NCBI GenBank assembly: GCA_009602725.1 | Contig: WELB01000023.1 | Span: 733,977 to 797,976, forward strand | Direction of reading: 5' to 3' | Length of the DNA stretch: 64,000 bases | DNA from: Spirogloea muscicola | Taxonomy: Eukaryota | In this document: positions 37,669 through 50,930 of the stretch, in pieces | Layout of the letters: every line of letters starts with the position of its first letter | How positions within the stretch are numbered: the first letter of the stretch is position 1 | Position numbers and translations under genes: made by a program | Notes under the pieces: generated by a model | Database searches by the model: none | What the model was told of the DNA's origin: nothing | What the model saw: the letters and a program-made list of their open reading frames with translations, nothing else

Positions 37669-39809
37669 TCAACGCCCCTCCAGACTGCAGGCCCCCTCCT
37701 CGCCGCAATCCAGTGCACCCCATCGAGCATCGACTTGGCGGCATGGAAACTGAGGCTTGTCGAGGCTGCACGCAAATGCAAACAAATGAGAAGGATCAGT
37801 GCTGAGGGATCAGCAGAGAGCAATCACAATGCATGGGAGCTTGCCAAGTCAAGGATAACCTCCGGTTGACGATGTTGTGAACCCTGCACATCCACTGTGC
37901 AAGCTCCACTCCTGACCCTGTTTGAGGTGGACTGGACCTGTGCTCAGAATAGCGCCAAGATCAGCCACCTCATCAACTGGAAGTTTTGATAAGCCAGAAC
38001 GCAGACACTAGACAAGGAACACAACGGCTCCCTCATGCAATAGAAAACAAGACATACTACACTATCGACTTCCTCCAGACCGTTGATTTCTGAGCTTCCT
38101 GATTGGAGAGTGTAGGGACGAACTTGAGTACTTCTTTGAAATGGTCCGCACATTGCTTGCAAGGATATATCCTTGTCATCAGGCCCATCTGCACAAGACA
38201 CGGATTTGCGCATGAAGTTGGCATATGTCGACTCAGACCCACCTGCAAGCCTCTGAGCCGTATTGAGCACCCTTTGATATACAAATAACAGCAACTTAGC
38301 CTTAGCAGCACTATGTAGGATGCTCAAGTAGGATGGCAACGAAGTAAGTGACTGCAAGTCTGCTGTAGACACCACTTTGTCCTGCATACCAAGTCTTTCA
38401 CATCCCTCTGCTGCTGTTTCGTGGGCTTGTCGGGAAACTGCCATCAAGATGGATGAAAGTCAGCACACGCATGACCATTCATGACGAAATAGCTCACAGT
38501 GACCAGCAACATCTACGACGGGAGCAAAAGTGGCGATTGCATGCTGATTGAAATCTTCCACTTTTCTCCAGTATGGGCATCAAGCATGCTCAACTTTGGC
38601 TTCACAGCTGTGCTTGTTGAGCCAGCTTCGCAGAGCTTGTGCAGCTTTCTCATGCAAATCACGTGCAGCTTGCTGCAAGCAAGGAGCCACTAGGCAGCAC
38701 ACACTGGCAAGACATTAAGCCTCACCTGAGCAGCCAGCGTGTGCAGAAGCGTCCACGTCGCAACCCCCAGCTCTTCTCTTGTCACGGCACCGCCAGAGCG
38801 ATCATGCGACTGCAAGGCCAGTCACAAAGGTGCGGCCTCAACTACAAATTTCAACCGATAGTCCTCCTAGGCAACAGCTCAACCATATGACAGTCTGTCT
38901 TTTTCTAGCTTGCAACATGTGTGCTGATGAAGACCTTGCCTGGCTGTGCGCCAGCCCCGCACTGAAGTCATAATCGAGCTCGTCATGTGCCCGTGGAGGT
39001 GGCGGCAGCCTGTCGAGGTAGCCCGCATCAGTGTCCCAAGCCTGCAGCACAGCGAGCATTATGAGGACCGACTGCTGCCGTAGCTGCTGCCATGGCAGCT
39101 TCCTCAAAAGTGACTCCGCCAACAAAGAGCGACGTACAATGAGCCAACCTCGGCAGCCATCCAAATTATTAAGTCTGACTGAACAGCAGGCCGAGACGGC
39201 GCTACAGCCCTTCCTTAGAGCTGCCAGGACGGCCATGCGACAGAAATACTGCTCATACGCCGACCTGGTCAGTGGCACCCGGCGAGATGCCGCCGTAGCG
39301 GTCCTGGCCGGCAGATGCTCGGCTCGCCTCGAGCCAGGGGGCCCCGGGCTTGCCGCCGCTGGCAGGCACCGCCACCTCCACAACGGCCTCGCTTGCCGGG
39401 TGCACGCTGCGCCTCCGAGAGCGAGGGCGCTGCGAGCCCATCCTGTCGTCGTAATGGGGCCCTGCCGACATGACCGCCCGGCCGCCGTCCCCCCCCCTGG
39501 CCTGGCCCGGGAGGGCTTGCACGAAGAGCCGCGCGAGCTGCGACCTGCGGTAACGTCCGGAACGCGCGGCCAGCGGCCCGGCCTTGAGGCCTCGCCTCAA
39601 TTGGAGACGGTGCACGTCAAGCGCCATGAGCGAGCGCCGACCGAGCAGAAGCGGCCGCTCCTGTGGCCGAAGTGGCCGCGGGTTCGAGGGCTTGAGCGAG
39701 CGGCCAGCCGCGCGGACCTGGCGCCGGCGGAGGCGGCGGCGGCGCGGCGCCGGAGGTCGTCCCATGCGGCGCGCGCGGCGTCGAGGGGCCCTCCAGGCGG
39801 CGCTGCCAT
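37669..39809 (-). CDS. ERV1: Erv1/ALR FAD-linked sulfhydryl oxidase with a long N-terminal extension
   Basis: TREELGVATWTLLHTLAAQFP, IYPCKQCADHF, WMCRVHNIVNRSLDKPQFPC, C-terminal CGEEGAC. The N-terminal exons are less certain. Confidence 0.9.
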
Positions 39810-39861
39810 CGCTCGGGAGGCTGCAGCTGCGCAGGAGCTGAGCCACTGACTCGGCCCAGGA

Positions 39862-40275
39862 GCGGAATGGAGTGTGGATTGACTGATGGAGAAAGAGCTC
39901 GCCCATTGAGGATAGGGGCTGGAACAGCCAGCCCAAAAAAGAATGAGCAGAGTACAAGAAGCCCAAGAAGACGGGGGCCAGGCGAAGCACTAAGGCGAAG
40001 CACTAAGAAAGAAGCACACAAGAAGAAACAAAGCAGCTACTAACTACTCAGTAACCCCTGCTAAGCAATCGCAGGTCAGAGAGGCTATGTTCCTGGAAGG
40101 AGGGCTCCAGTGGCCAAGTGACATGGCAAGCGTCGACAGACGTGCATGACCTGCTGCTAAGCTGACCCACTCGGGGAACCACGAGTCCGCACGTAGAGGT
40201 CGCACTAATGCCCAAATACCTGACGGCAATTGACAAGCCCTTTGTGCCACCAGCTAAAGCTCGACCAGAAGCCTA
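39862..40275 (-). repeat. Family-C 3' end nested in a family-B 3' end
   Basis: SLSDLRLLSRGY* plus UTR (about 40097-39890) is near-identical to 4319-4424 joined to 6695-6766. It interrupts the family-B UTR between GCCCTCC and ATC...CACACTCCATT. Confidence 0.85.
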
Positions 40276-40435
40276 GCAAATCCACTTCGTGGTTGGGACA
40301 GTACAAGGCAGCAAGTAGTGGTGACTAGTCGATGCCCGAAAACAGCATATACCGCGCGAGCCCAGCCAATCTTCAGCTGCACCGGCGCTCTCTCGCAGCC
40401 CCGCCGTCGGCAATGCTGCAGCCCGCGCCGCGGGC

Positions 40436-41877
40436 ATGGCGGAGAAGCTTGCGCCCACGGCGCGCCACGAGCTCGTGCACCAAGGTGCGCCGCACACGGC
40501 AGCCCTTTCCTTTCCTGTCCTTTCCTTTCCATTCCACGCTTGGCAGTGGGCCACCCTGTGCTGCATGTTGCTCGTGACGAGGACATCCTGGGCCGTCCGG
40601 CCGCAGGGCGGGTGGTGCTGGAGTGGGACCAGACGGTGGAGGAGGTGAACCTATACGTGCCGCTGCCGCCTGGCGCGCGCGCGCGCCAGGTCTTCTGCGA
40701 CATTGCGCCGCGCAGCATCGCAGTCGGCCTCAAGGGCGCCTCCAGCCGCTACCTTGATGTGCGTCAACACCTCTCCTCCTTCACGCCTGCCATGTAGTGC
40801 TGCCTCCTCGTGTTGGTCTGGACTTGGGAGAGACTGCACCGCACTCAGGAGAGTTCGGAAGCAAGCAGAGTATCGGCTGGGACGCAGACTGACTGGGCAT
40901 GGGGGCCTTCTCTGCCTACACTCTGGCCTTTGAGTACTGTGATGAAGCTCAATCCTAGCTTCTTGTATTCATAGCCTAGACTAGCATGTCAAGAAGTCTT
41001 TTTAGCACAAGTCCAGAATGATGTGAGCTGTTGACTCTTAGAGACATGAGAGACTAAATATTACCAGAGTGGTATGTCAATCGGAACTCACGTGCTGAGT
41101 GCTAACGGTTGTCGCCAGCTGTACGTACTCCGTTCTGACTGAGCAGATGGGTGGCCCATGACAACAGCATGTTTTGGAGGCGGCGGTGAAATCGTCCGAG
41201 TCTTTCTGGACGATAGGTAACACTTTGAGACTCCTGTTGCTATCACTCCATTCCCTATCACCAGCTTGAGCATTCGCTGGGCAGTGGGTGAAAGCCCTTG
41301 ATGTCCTTTCCTCAGGGCAGTTGTGGCATATGCTGAAGCTACATTCTGGTTGTGATCATGCAGAGGACGGTGTTTTGCATGTCACCTTACAGAAGGTCGA
41401 GAAGGCTCACTCGTGGACATCCCCTCTTGCGGGACAAGGCCAGCTTGATCCGTACTCTGCCGATATGGAAAAGCGGCGTCTCCTTCTGGAGCGTTTCCAG
41501 CTAGAGGTACTTCCAGTAAAACCTTGCCGTCTCATTTGATTGCACTAGGCAATTGGAGGCTGCATGTGCTCACTGCATGTGTTACCGTGATTGAAGCTTT
41601 TCAGCAATCACCAATGCGACCATGACATGAGCAAGCTGTGTATCTAGCTGTTGTCACGTGTTCACTGCTTCTTTGGTTCTCTGAGCAAAGCGTGGCAGCT
41701 TATGGATGGGTGCTGTCTTTCAAGTCGGGCCAAGCGTGTCCAGCATGTCGGCATGTTAATGACCATCGAAGCTCGTTGATGCAGCATCCTGGCTTTGATT
41801 TCTCGGGGGCCAACGTCAACGGCGCCTGCCCAGACCCTGACCAGTTCATGGGAGGACTTGGGGGTCATGTTGAGTGA
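40436..41877 (+). CDS. NudC-domain (CS/p23-like) protein, NudCD2-like, 5 exons
   Basis: MAEKLAPTARH, EWDQTVEEVNLYV, SFWTIEDGVLHVTLQK, LLLERFQLEHPGFDFSGA...PDPDQFMGG. Confidence 0.9.
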
Positions 41878-42874
41878 TTCCAGGCATGAGCAATTGAGCG
41901 AAGGTAACGGGCTCAGCATGAAGGCTGAACAGTTAGTCTCACCCATATGTGCTCATCACCAACGCTTCCTACTGGAAGATGTTGGACAAAGCGATGGCGC
42001 TGCATCATGGTTGTACTCAGGCAGAGAAGGATATGCATAAGCAATTTCCAGTTGGCAGGCAATGTTCAACGAGTTGAACATTGCAGCAGCTTCCAGCCTG
42101 AAGCCATGGGTTCGTCAAGGTTGGATGCCACTCTGGGCTTGCAGCTGAGATCGGCAAGCAGCAACTTCTGCTGGAGCATGGCAAAGTCGAAGAGTCGGAC
42201 CTGAATGCCCATCCGAGCCCTTGATAGGGCTGCGCAGCTGCATGGCGGAGGGCTTGCCTATCAGCTAGTGAAGGGTGCTTTGTGATTCCTCTTGCCACCC
42301 ATTGCCATCTTTTACTCCACTCTTCTATTCAGCTTGTGCTTGTTCTGGGCCGTCCTCATGAGCAGGATGGCTGCCAGGCGAGAGGCATGGGTGGTGGTGC
42401 ACCTTGCCCAGGATTTTTCCGAGAGACAGCAGCTTAGAATTTCTCTATCAAACATTTTAGACATAGCTCAGAATCCATGCCTAGTAGAAGGCACACATAC
42501 ATGGCTTGCTTGACAAAATGCGAGCAGATTGATTCTAAATGACGACTATACACCCAATCAAGGGATGCTCAAGTTGATGCCACAGAGCAGGGGTAGCACC
42601 AGGAATAATGAGGAGGGGAGGAAAAGGTTGGCAATGTTGAGGCTGGGGACTAGGGCTATCGTGCAGCAAAGAAGATGGGAGGTGACACTACAGATTGGAA
42701 GGAGGGCCCGTGATGACCAGCACAATGCCTTACACAAGGCAACAAATATTTCCAGTTGGCAGAGGCTAGGATTCTACTGATGATGGCTTGATTGATGTGG
42801 AAGCAAGTAAAACCTGGCATGGAAGAATAGGCCAATGCAGCTAAACGCAGCTCCAGCGACATTCAGCAGTCCTC

Positions 42875-43455
42875 AGGACGGAGGGCCTGAGTGGCCAAGT
42901 ACAAAAGCAAGCACAATATTAAATACATCACCTGCTGCTAAAGTGACCCGCACAGTACCACGAGTCAGCACGTAGAGGTCGTTAATTGATGCCTGAATAC
43001 AGGACGACAATTCACAAGCCCTCATGCCACCAGCGAAGGCTCGACTAGCTTTCTGGTGCAAAGCATGAGCCTAAAAGAATGAACAAGGTCTGCCAGGGCC
43101 GGAAGGCGAGGGGACGAGGGCGAAGGCGAAGGCGAGCAAGCGAGGGCTCTGACCAGCCAGCCCAGAAAATGGACAGGGACAAAAGTGGGATACACCAATC
43201 CCGACGAACTTCCAGAGAGAAATCAGAAGCAGCAGCTAAAGCGCGGCCTGCATCGCCTGACTCCGGAGAGCTGTTTCCCGTCGCTGACTCGTAGTTACTG
43301 AGCGGGTCAGCTTAGCAGGGTACGATTCTCCAAGACGTCAGCAAGTGGGCGCTCCATTAACCTCTGGTCAGCAAGCGAAACCTCAGCTTTGCTTAGCAGC
43401 AGGTGATGTACATCTGTCAATGTGCTTGCCTTTGTACTCGGCCACTCAGGACCTC
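42875..43455. repeat. CRE-like 3'-end fragments in both orientations upstream of the peroxiredoxin
   Basis: HQKASRAFAGG...NDLYVLTRG (minus strand, about 42880-43061). GCTGACTCGTAGTTACTGAGCGGGTCAGCTTAGCAG (plus strand, about 43283) resumes at about 43391 after an inverted insert. Confidence 0.8.
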
Positions 43456-43657
43456 CATGACTCATCAACACCCGATATAATACTTTCTTCATCATTTCCC
43501 TTCTCTCTCTGCCCTACGTGAGCACCCTGACGTCTCAGCCTCCTTTTATTCTTCCGATTCTTTAATATCAGCAGCCGCTTTTGTTTTATCCAGCACGCTT
43601 CTTTATGAGCACAGCCGCGCTGAGCTGCCGTGCTTCTCCTACCCCGCCCTCCCAGCC

Positions 43658-45424
43658 ATGGCTGCCGCGCTTTGGGTCCTCGCCGTCGCCGCCGCAGCCG
43701 CCACCGCCGCCGCCGCCGGCGCTGCCGAGGCGCCGCCCGCGTCCNCGCCGCCGCTGGTGGGCGGCAAGGCGCCGGACTTCGAGGCGGAGGCGGTGGCGGG
43801 CGGCGCGGTGGTGCGCCTGCGGCTGTCGGACTACCAGGCGGCGCGCAAGTACGTCGTCCTCTTCTTCTACCCGCTCGACTTCACCTTCGTCTGCCCCACC
43901 GGTGAGGCCTTCCTTCCGCCGTCGCCGCGGCCGTTGCTGCTGGCCCCTCCCGCGCCTTGTGGTCGCCACCCCAGCGCCTGCTTTGGTCACTGCACTGGGC
44001 GCTGAACCCCACGACAGACCAGCACGCGTTGTCAGCCCCCTCCTCTGCGCCGCCGTCTGCCTCGTCGGCCACACCTTCGGGAATTACGTGGGCCGCACTC
44101 GGCCTGTCCTGGCCGGCCAGCTGAGCTGTGGTGTTGGAGCTGCTGGACTTGGCAGTCTCCCCTCACCCATCCCGCAGGACCTTGCAAGCAAAGAGTGGCC
44201 AACAGTGGGGTCCGCCTGGCACGGCGTGCCTTGCCCTTGCCTTGCCTCTGACTGTGTTGAGGAGCGGAATGGGGTCTGGCCTTGCAGAGATCACGGCGTT
44301 CAGTGACCGGCACCAGGACTTTGTGGACCACAATGCGGAGCTCTTGGGCGTCAGCGTCGACAGCGTGGTGAGTATCGCAAGAAGCTATTCCAATTGCTAC
44401 ACTGTTTGCCCTTGTGCTCCGTCAGCCTGTGTTCATAGCTGGAAGTGGCTCCTGTAAAATTGACTTGTCGTTCTAGTCAAAATACACATACCAATCCCAG
44501 CTATTTTCCAGCCTATCTAGCCTATTGAGGCTGTTCAAAAATCAATATGTCAATTTTGGCACTTAGCAAGGTCTTTGCTCATCTGGGTGTGATGCGGCTC
44601 CATTTGTCCTTCCGCTGCTCGTTTTATTGGGCTCACAGGAGCTGATTCAGCACCTTTCAGACCACTTTAGATGACTATACCATGCCGACTTGCAGCCGCT
44701 CTGAACACTACTGGCGTGCTTCCTCATTGCCCTTCGCAGTCTGAAGGCACTTTCATGTGGCAAAGAGATCCTTATCTAGGGTCCTGTTCTCCTTCTTCCA
44801 GTTCTCGCACCTTCAGTGGACCCTGACAAAGAGGTCGGAGGGAGGAGTTGGCGACCTCAGATATCCACTGGTGTCTGACCTGACCAAGAGCATCTCGCGC
44901 TCGTACGGCGTGCTCCTTCCGGACCAGGGGATTGCCTTGAGAGGCACCTTCATCATCGACCCCGAAGGCGTCATACAGCACTCCACCATAAACAACTTGT
45001 CCCTGGGGAGGAGCGTGAATGAAACCCTCCGGATGTTACAGGCCATCACCTATGTCCAGGTAATGCAAAGATTTTCAGTATGACTTAAAGTCCTGAGGCT
45101 TGTCGAATAGTATGTCAAGAGCATCTGTTAAGCTTGAACACACACACCTCTGGGTTTCTTAAGTGACGAAGCCACCAATTCTGGCGTCATTGGCTGTTTC
45201 CAGCAAGTTTGAAGCGGATATGTTACCTTAGCCAGTGTTGAACAGCACCGTAAGCTGTGCTGCTGTATGCGTGCTCACTATCCAACTCAAGGATGCAGGA
45301 GAATCCAGAGGAAGTTTGTCCAGCTGGGTGGCAGCCAGGAGAGAGGACAATGAAGCCTGACCCAAAACTCAGCAAAGATTACTTCCATAGTGTGCATAGC
45401 CAACAGGCTGCTGCAGCTTCTTGA
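43658..45424 (+). CDS. Typical 2-Cys peroxiredoxin, 4 exons
   Basis: [50 protein letters not shown]. Confidence 0.95.
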
Positions 45425-47428
45425 CCGCTTTCTTGAGCAGGGTACTGCTGCTGAGGTCTGTTCTTCTGTGACACTTGTCAGTGCAGAGCATGCCAAGTAC
45501 GTCTTGGCAGCCTGAGCTTCTAGACTACCCTGTTGAACAATATGCATTCTATTTGGGGGCATCTGTACCGAGCTCAGGGCAGTCCTGTGGTCCTTCATCA
45601 GCAGATGCTGCTGCCATTGTCAAACTTGAGTCTCAGGGGTTCTGGGGCCAATTTCGGAGACAGGCTGCCCAGTTTAGTCTTGTAGTATCAAGAGGGCGTG
45701 CTGCTCAACCAATCGCAGACGAATATATGAGGGCATTGAATTGTCCTGAATGTCTGGGTGGCGGCTATGTGTTGTGGTCTCATAGTGGATGTCTCTCTGA
45801 CAAACATAAATTTTGGGTGAAGAGCCACATTGGAACACTGAATTGGCAGGCCAGATTCACAGGCAATGCCATGCTTACCAAGCTGGATAAGGTAGCAGCA
45901 CTGCTTAGCGCCAAGACAACGAGTTGAGTCTGGAATCCTTTTCTCGATTCGCGTCATGGTGCTTATCAGCTCACTCCAAGGTGCCAGCAAGTGGCACCAC
46001 TTGCAATTTGCAAGCTGGTGAAAGTGGACGTGTGGATTTTATGTACTACGTGAGCTTCAGGGTGCCGTTGAGAAAGTGAGGGATACGAGTGTGAACATGA
46101 CAGTGTCAAGGGGGGTGTTGAAAGACGTTAGCTGTCATGTTATTTTGGGCGTCGGAATTTGGGCACAAGGCACTTGGAAGCCAGGAAGGTGTCTGTGCTC
46201 CTCTTTGCCGAGGCTGCAGTTGCATAAGTATCTGCTGAGCGTAGCACCAAACGTGGCATGGAAGCCCCCCAACTTTCATGGCATGATATGAAGCACCACA
46301 TCTGTGTACAGCACGCTTGAGTATATGGAGGATGAGGGTCCCAAGTGAAGGACCCACATAAAGGAACACAAGAACAAATCTTGACACATCAAATCCGTCT
46401 CAGCTGTCGTTGCAACCAGAACCGCGACAATACACGGAACCATCCTGAGCAACGTGCTTGTACCGTGCAGCTGCAGCTTACCGAGCATGTGCCCATGAAG
46501 GAGCAAATATGAACTAAAGATCTCAAAGTAACTGCGAACGAGCAGTTGGCAAAGGCAGCTTGCGTGCACCTGGCCACCACCACTTATCGTCCTCAATGGC
46601 ATGCAGCACGAGCTCGATCACAGTGCTGGCGCCTTGCCAGCAAACATGCTCGTGACGCTCAGGTCAACACGGACAATCTTGGAACAGCACAAATGTGGAA
46701 GAGTAGTCTAAGAAATAGTCCTTATGCCTACGGCCTTCCTTGGTGTGCAGCCAGTACCAATTGCGGACTCACTACGTTCCTGATTGATTGCTCAAATGCT
46801 ATTTATATGTGACGTTCTACTGGAGCACAACCTGGCACCGTTTGGCCCTACAATTGCCTCAATCTATTTACTGTACCTTTCCAACGGTAAGGTAAGACTT
46901 AAGGCAGCAAAGATTTGGTGGTTGCATTGGCAAGGCCACAGATCTGCATCTACTTTGTCATCAGCGAATGCTGCTCCAGTTTGTCAATCTAGCTGCTGAC
47001 AAAGTATTGCAGCAGGAGTTCCCTTGGACTTTTGATGCGCTTGCAGCTGTGCAATGAGCTATTTGCCAAGGGAACTGCAAGCAAACCATCCTTGAACCCT
47101 CGGCTCACAGGTGCAGGGAAAGCATATGCAAGCTGGCCTCAAAGTAAGGCAGCCTAGCAAGACCTTCATGATAGTGCTATTGTCAAGAAGCTTGCAACAA
47201 GAGGGATGCTGTAGTTCTAAGGCATCATGCCTATTCCATCTGCAAAATGCTGTGAGCAAGCTGTCAACTAAGAATAGGCCAACTGTATAAGTAGTTGGTA
47301 AAAGAATCTGATTTTGGAGAAGCAGCAATGGCCGCCGTCTAACTATTTGACTTGGCAAAAAAGTCACAGGCATGATGTTGTATCCTGTCGACTCCGTTTA
47401 ATGAGTACTCCTCACTGTACAACGGGCA

Positions 47429-50092
47429 TCATTGCCGATGACCGTCAGGTAGCTGCACAACATGGTTGTATGGCACCTGTCTTTGCGGCATGCATGGTAC
47501 GCCATCCAATCCTTCCTCTTCGTCGTCATCGAACTCCAGCAAGTAACTAGTGCAGCAGCACATCACCCAGATTGCTGGATTAGTGATATGAACCGAGAGC
47601 AACAATCTCAACACAATGATAACCAATACAAGATCGGAAATTTGTGAGGAACATACACTGGCACCAAGTTTTTGTCAAGACTGGCAGCAGATGGTTCAGA
47701 CTCCCTAGACAATCTCCGTAATAGCCCGTGGAACAAATGCTGACCAAAGGGATCTCCTGCTCTTGCTCTTGTAAGGTCTAAAGCCATCGGAATTGCATGC
47801 ATTGATCATGCAGGCTTGCCCTGGAGAGCATGACTTACTCATCAGACTTCCGCTGCAATCGAGCAAGAGATTTGGAGAAGGTTGTAGTGCACACACAGAG
47901 GACGTGAAACACCAAGTGGATCAAGATTAGTCTTTGCAACTATTGGTGGATTATTCACCATGCCATGACAAGCACTCAGAGACAGTAGACGAGCCTTTCA
48001 GGTACTACTTAAAAGGTAGGTTGGGATCTCATGATGTTGTGCAAGCATTGGCTGCTGCTTGTATGGATGGTGTGAAAGTTTCAACATCCAAGGTCAGCAC
48101 ATTGACGGTAGCAGCTAGCTGACCTTCCTGGGTGGTCCTGCAACTCGAGCTCTATAGAGAGCAGTTGTGCCCGGGTAGACCGCCAGCACTTGGCTTCCAG
48201 GTGGGAACATGGATATATTTATGAGTTCTGGCCTCTTGGGAAGAGGAATGATGCAGGAAGCAGGTAACCTGTACTTTCTGTTGCCACACCAACTTAAGCA
48301 CTAAGTCACAATCTGCTGCAACAGCATCAGGGGCCACTGGAACAGTTAACTGTACTATGCAAGGGCAAGAAAGCAGCATGCATAGGATGTGTATGCTACT
48401 TATATGCAGCACCGTCTTGTAATTGAGTTGCACTGCATGATAGCTCACAAACACACCTCTGACTGCTCTCCTCATCATCGCCCGGCTCCTCATCTATTAC
48501 CTCATACCTACATGACATTGTAAGATGCATAATTAGGTCGGCTCTTTTCTCCATATGTTGCAGTATATAGTGAGATAACAAAACTATATGCCTGCTCAAA
48601 GTAATATGAGTTCTATCCATTTATGAATATCTGACTCTCAAGGCGTTTCCGACAAAGTCGTCCCTGACTTGAAAGGGTCACAAAGCGAAGACTCATTGAG
48701 TGCTTCACAGAGGTGTCACACCTGTTATTCTCACGGTCAAAGCGAGTAACCTTGACCACAATCCAGTCGTCCTTTTCAGCATCGTCTGGAGACCGTCGAG
48801 CAGCGACCTGCGACAGGAATGATCCACGATCACAATGATTGCAGCACATCTTCATGTCAGATCACCAGAAGCTTAAGCTTGATAAAGAAAAGTGTGTCTG
48901 CTTGCACGCCTCTGACAACAGCAGAACACATCAATGTTCTTGCTACCAGAATATTCAGAGTCACAGCTAGAAAGCTAGCAAAGTGGTTATATCAACGTAA
49001 GAAGCAAAATGTACGTGACATCAGTGGTGACAACAACATATGCAAGGACAAGGTAATATACCTGATCACCAATAGAGATGCTGTGGTCAAGCGAAGCTGG
49101 TGAATGGGACGACGACAGGAATGTGCCAGCCCGATTGGATACTCCGAGGCTCTCAGTCCTGACCTTCTTGCGCTTGTGGTCGTTCAATTCTGCCTCTGTG
49201 CCTGCTGGCCAAGGAGACAGGGGCCAATGCCATCCAGAAAGGAACCATGTGTCAGATAAGTATGTGCTTCGCTTTTGCGGATGCTATGGGCTTGATTCAA
49301 TAGCACTCATGCAGAGGGGCTATCTCAAATAACACGAGGTATAATAATGTGAAGAGGGTGTCATGTGAATTAGCCTTACCTGACTTTCTCCGCTGTGCAG
49401 ATTGGTGATTCGGCGAATTCAATGCCTCCACTTCTTTGATGCAATGCTGGAAAGCACTGCACAGTGAGAGGCCGCAACATTTATAGGTCCCAGTAATGCA
49501 CAGGTAGGTATCGAAGGAGGGCACGAAGTGCTGCCTGCTGAGTGCATCTTTAGACAGCATTCGTTACATCCACCTTAGGCACACCATGCACACGTGCAGA
49601 CATTGTCTGAGGCACTGCAAACACAGTAGATTTGGTCTACCTTTCTTCGGACTCTGCAAGCTGCTTCGCATCAGTGTAGAGCGTCCTTAGCTTCTCCCAG
49701 AGCTTCTCAGGATACTTCTCAGCCTTCTCTGTAGCTGTTCGCGAGTACAGTAACGTGTATGGCTATGAGAACACATGGTGGATTGAGAGATAGGCATTCA
49801 CAAGATAAGAAAGATATGGATTGCAGGCAATCTAAGCTGAGCCCCTGTGATCCACTTCAATGCAGCAAGATTGCGTCTCTGAGTGCCGGTGCGGCCCATC
49901 CAATGTGGGCCTTCAGTACCCAGGCCATCGAAATAGCCTGCCAAGTCAGGACCACGCTGTGATGCCGCACTCACCGACTTCCACCAGCTTGAGGTGGAAC
50001 TTGTTGATCTTCTTGAGGACCTCGTCCTCGCTCCGCCGAGCCCGGTCGAGTTCCCGCAGGCGCAGGTGGAAAGAGTCGGGCAGTGCAATCAT
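47429..50092 (-). CDS. SGF29: SAGA-associated factor 29 (tandem Tudor), multi-exon
   Basis: ELDRARRSEDEVLKKINKFH, QVAAR...DDWIVVKV, YEVIDEEPGDDEE, VLAVYPGTTALYRA, YLLEFDDDEEEG...VPYNHVVQLPDGHRQ*. The start codon is tentative. Confidence 0.9.
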
Positions 50093-50374
50093 GTCGCGGC
50101 GCCGCGGCCCGGACCCCGCCTCCTCCTCTCTCTCCACGCAGAGGCGAGAGCCAGGAAGGCGGCGACGGCCGGGCCGGCGGCGGCAGCGGGAGGCGAGCAG
50201 GAGTGGGAGCGCCGAGGATTGATCGCCGCGCCGGCTCGCGAGAGAGACGGGGCAGTCGGGGTGCTCGCGGCGGGCAGGCCACCATTCCAGGCGCCGCCGA
50301 TGCCAGGGCACCCGCGCTGACCGGACACCAGCCACGCCAGCCGCCCCTCCGCTTCGCCTCTCCCATCCCCAGCG

Positions 50375-50930
50375 CTTTCGAGGCCCCTTCGGACCATGTC
50401 CGTTCTCGTCGGGCTGGCTTTCCACAGCCCCTCGCCTTCTCTCCTTGTACAGTATTGGCATGAATTGGCCTCTCTTTCATGCGCCCCGCGCGCCTTCTCT
50501 CTTGGATTAGCTTACTTTACATTTATTGGCGCGCAGTGCCCAGTGGGCCCCTCGCGAGAGGACCTGGCCAGGTGACATGGCCTTCTGGGACCGAGAGCCC
50601 GTTTGCCGTTGGCAGTTGCACTAGACGCTGGCGGTCACCAATGGCAGCCTTCCGGCCCTTCTTCCGGCCCCTTCGGACTTTGTCTCGGCTTCTGGGCTGG
50701 CCTTTCACAGCCGTCGCCCCCGTTTGAGAAGACCGTTCTTCCGATCCTTTTACTGGTACTGGCGACGAGCGTCCTCCAGCTCACGTGCCCTGTTCGTGCT
50801 TCCCAGCTTGTGCTGGCTTGTCACCAAGTACACCTTACAGGTGGCTGTGAAAGAAGAGAGCTCTTGTGAAAGGCCAGCCCCAATTGAGAATGGACAAGGT
50901 CCGAAATGGTCGGAAGGGGCAAACGACCAA
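50375..50930. repeat. CRE-like 3'-end units upstream of SGF29
   Basis: GGGCTGGCTTTCCACAGCCC at about 50411; family-D end ATTGGC...CATGCGCCCCGCGCGCCTTCTCT at about 50454-50501; further units at about 50694 and 50843-50882. Confidence 0.75.
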
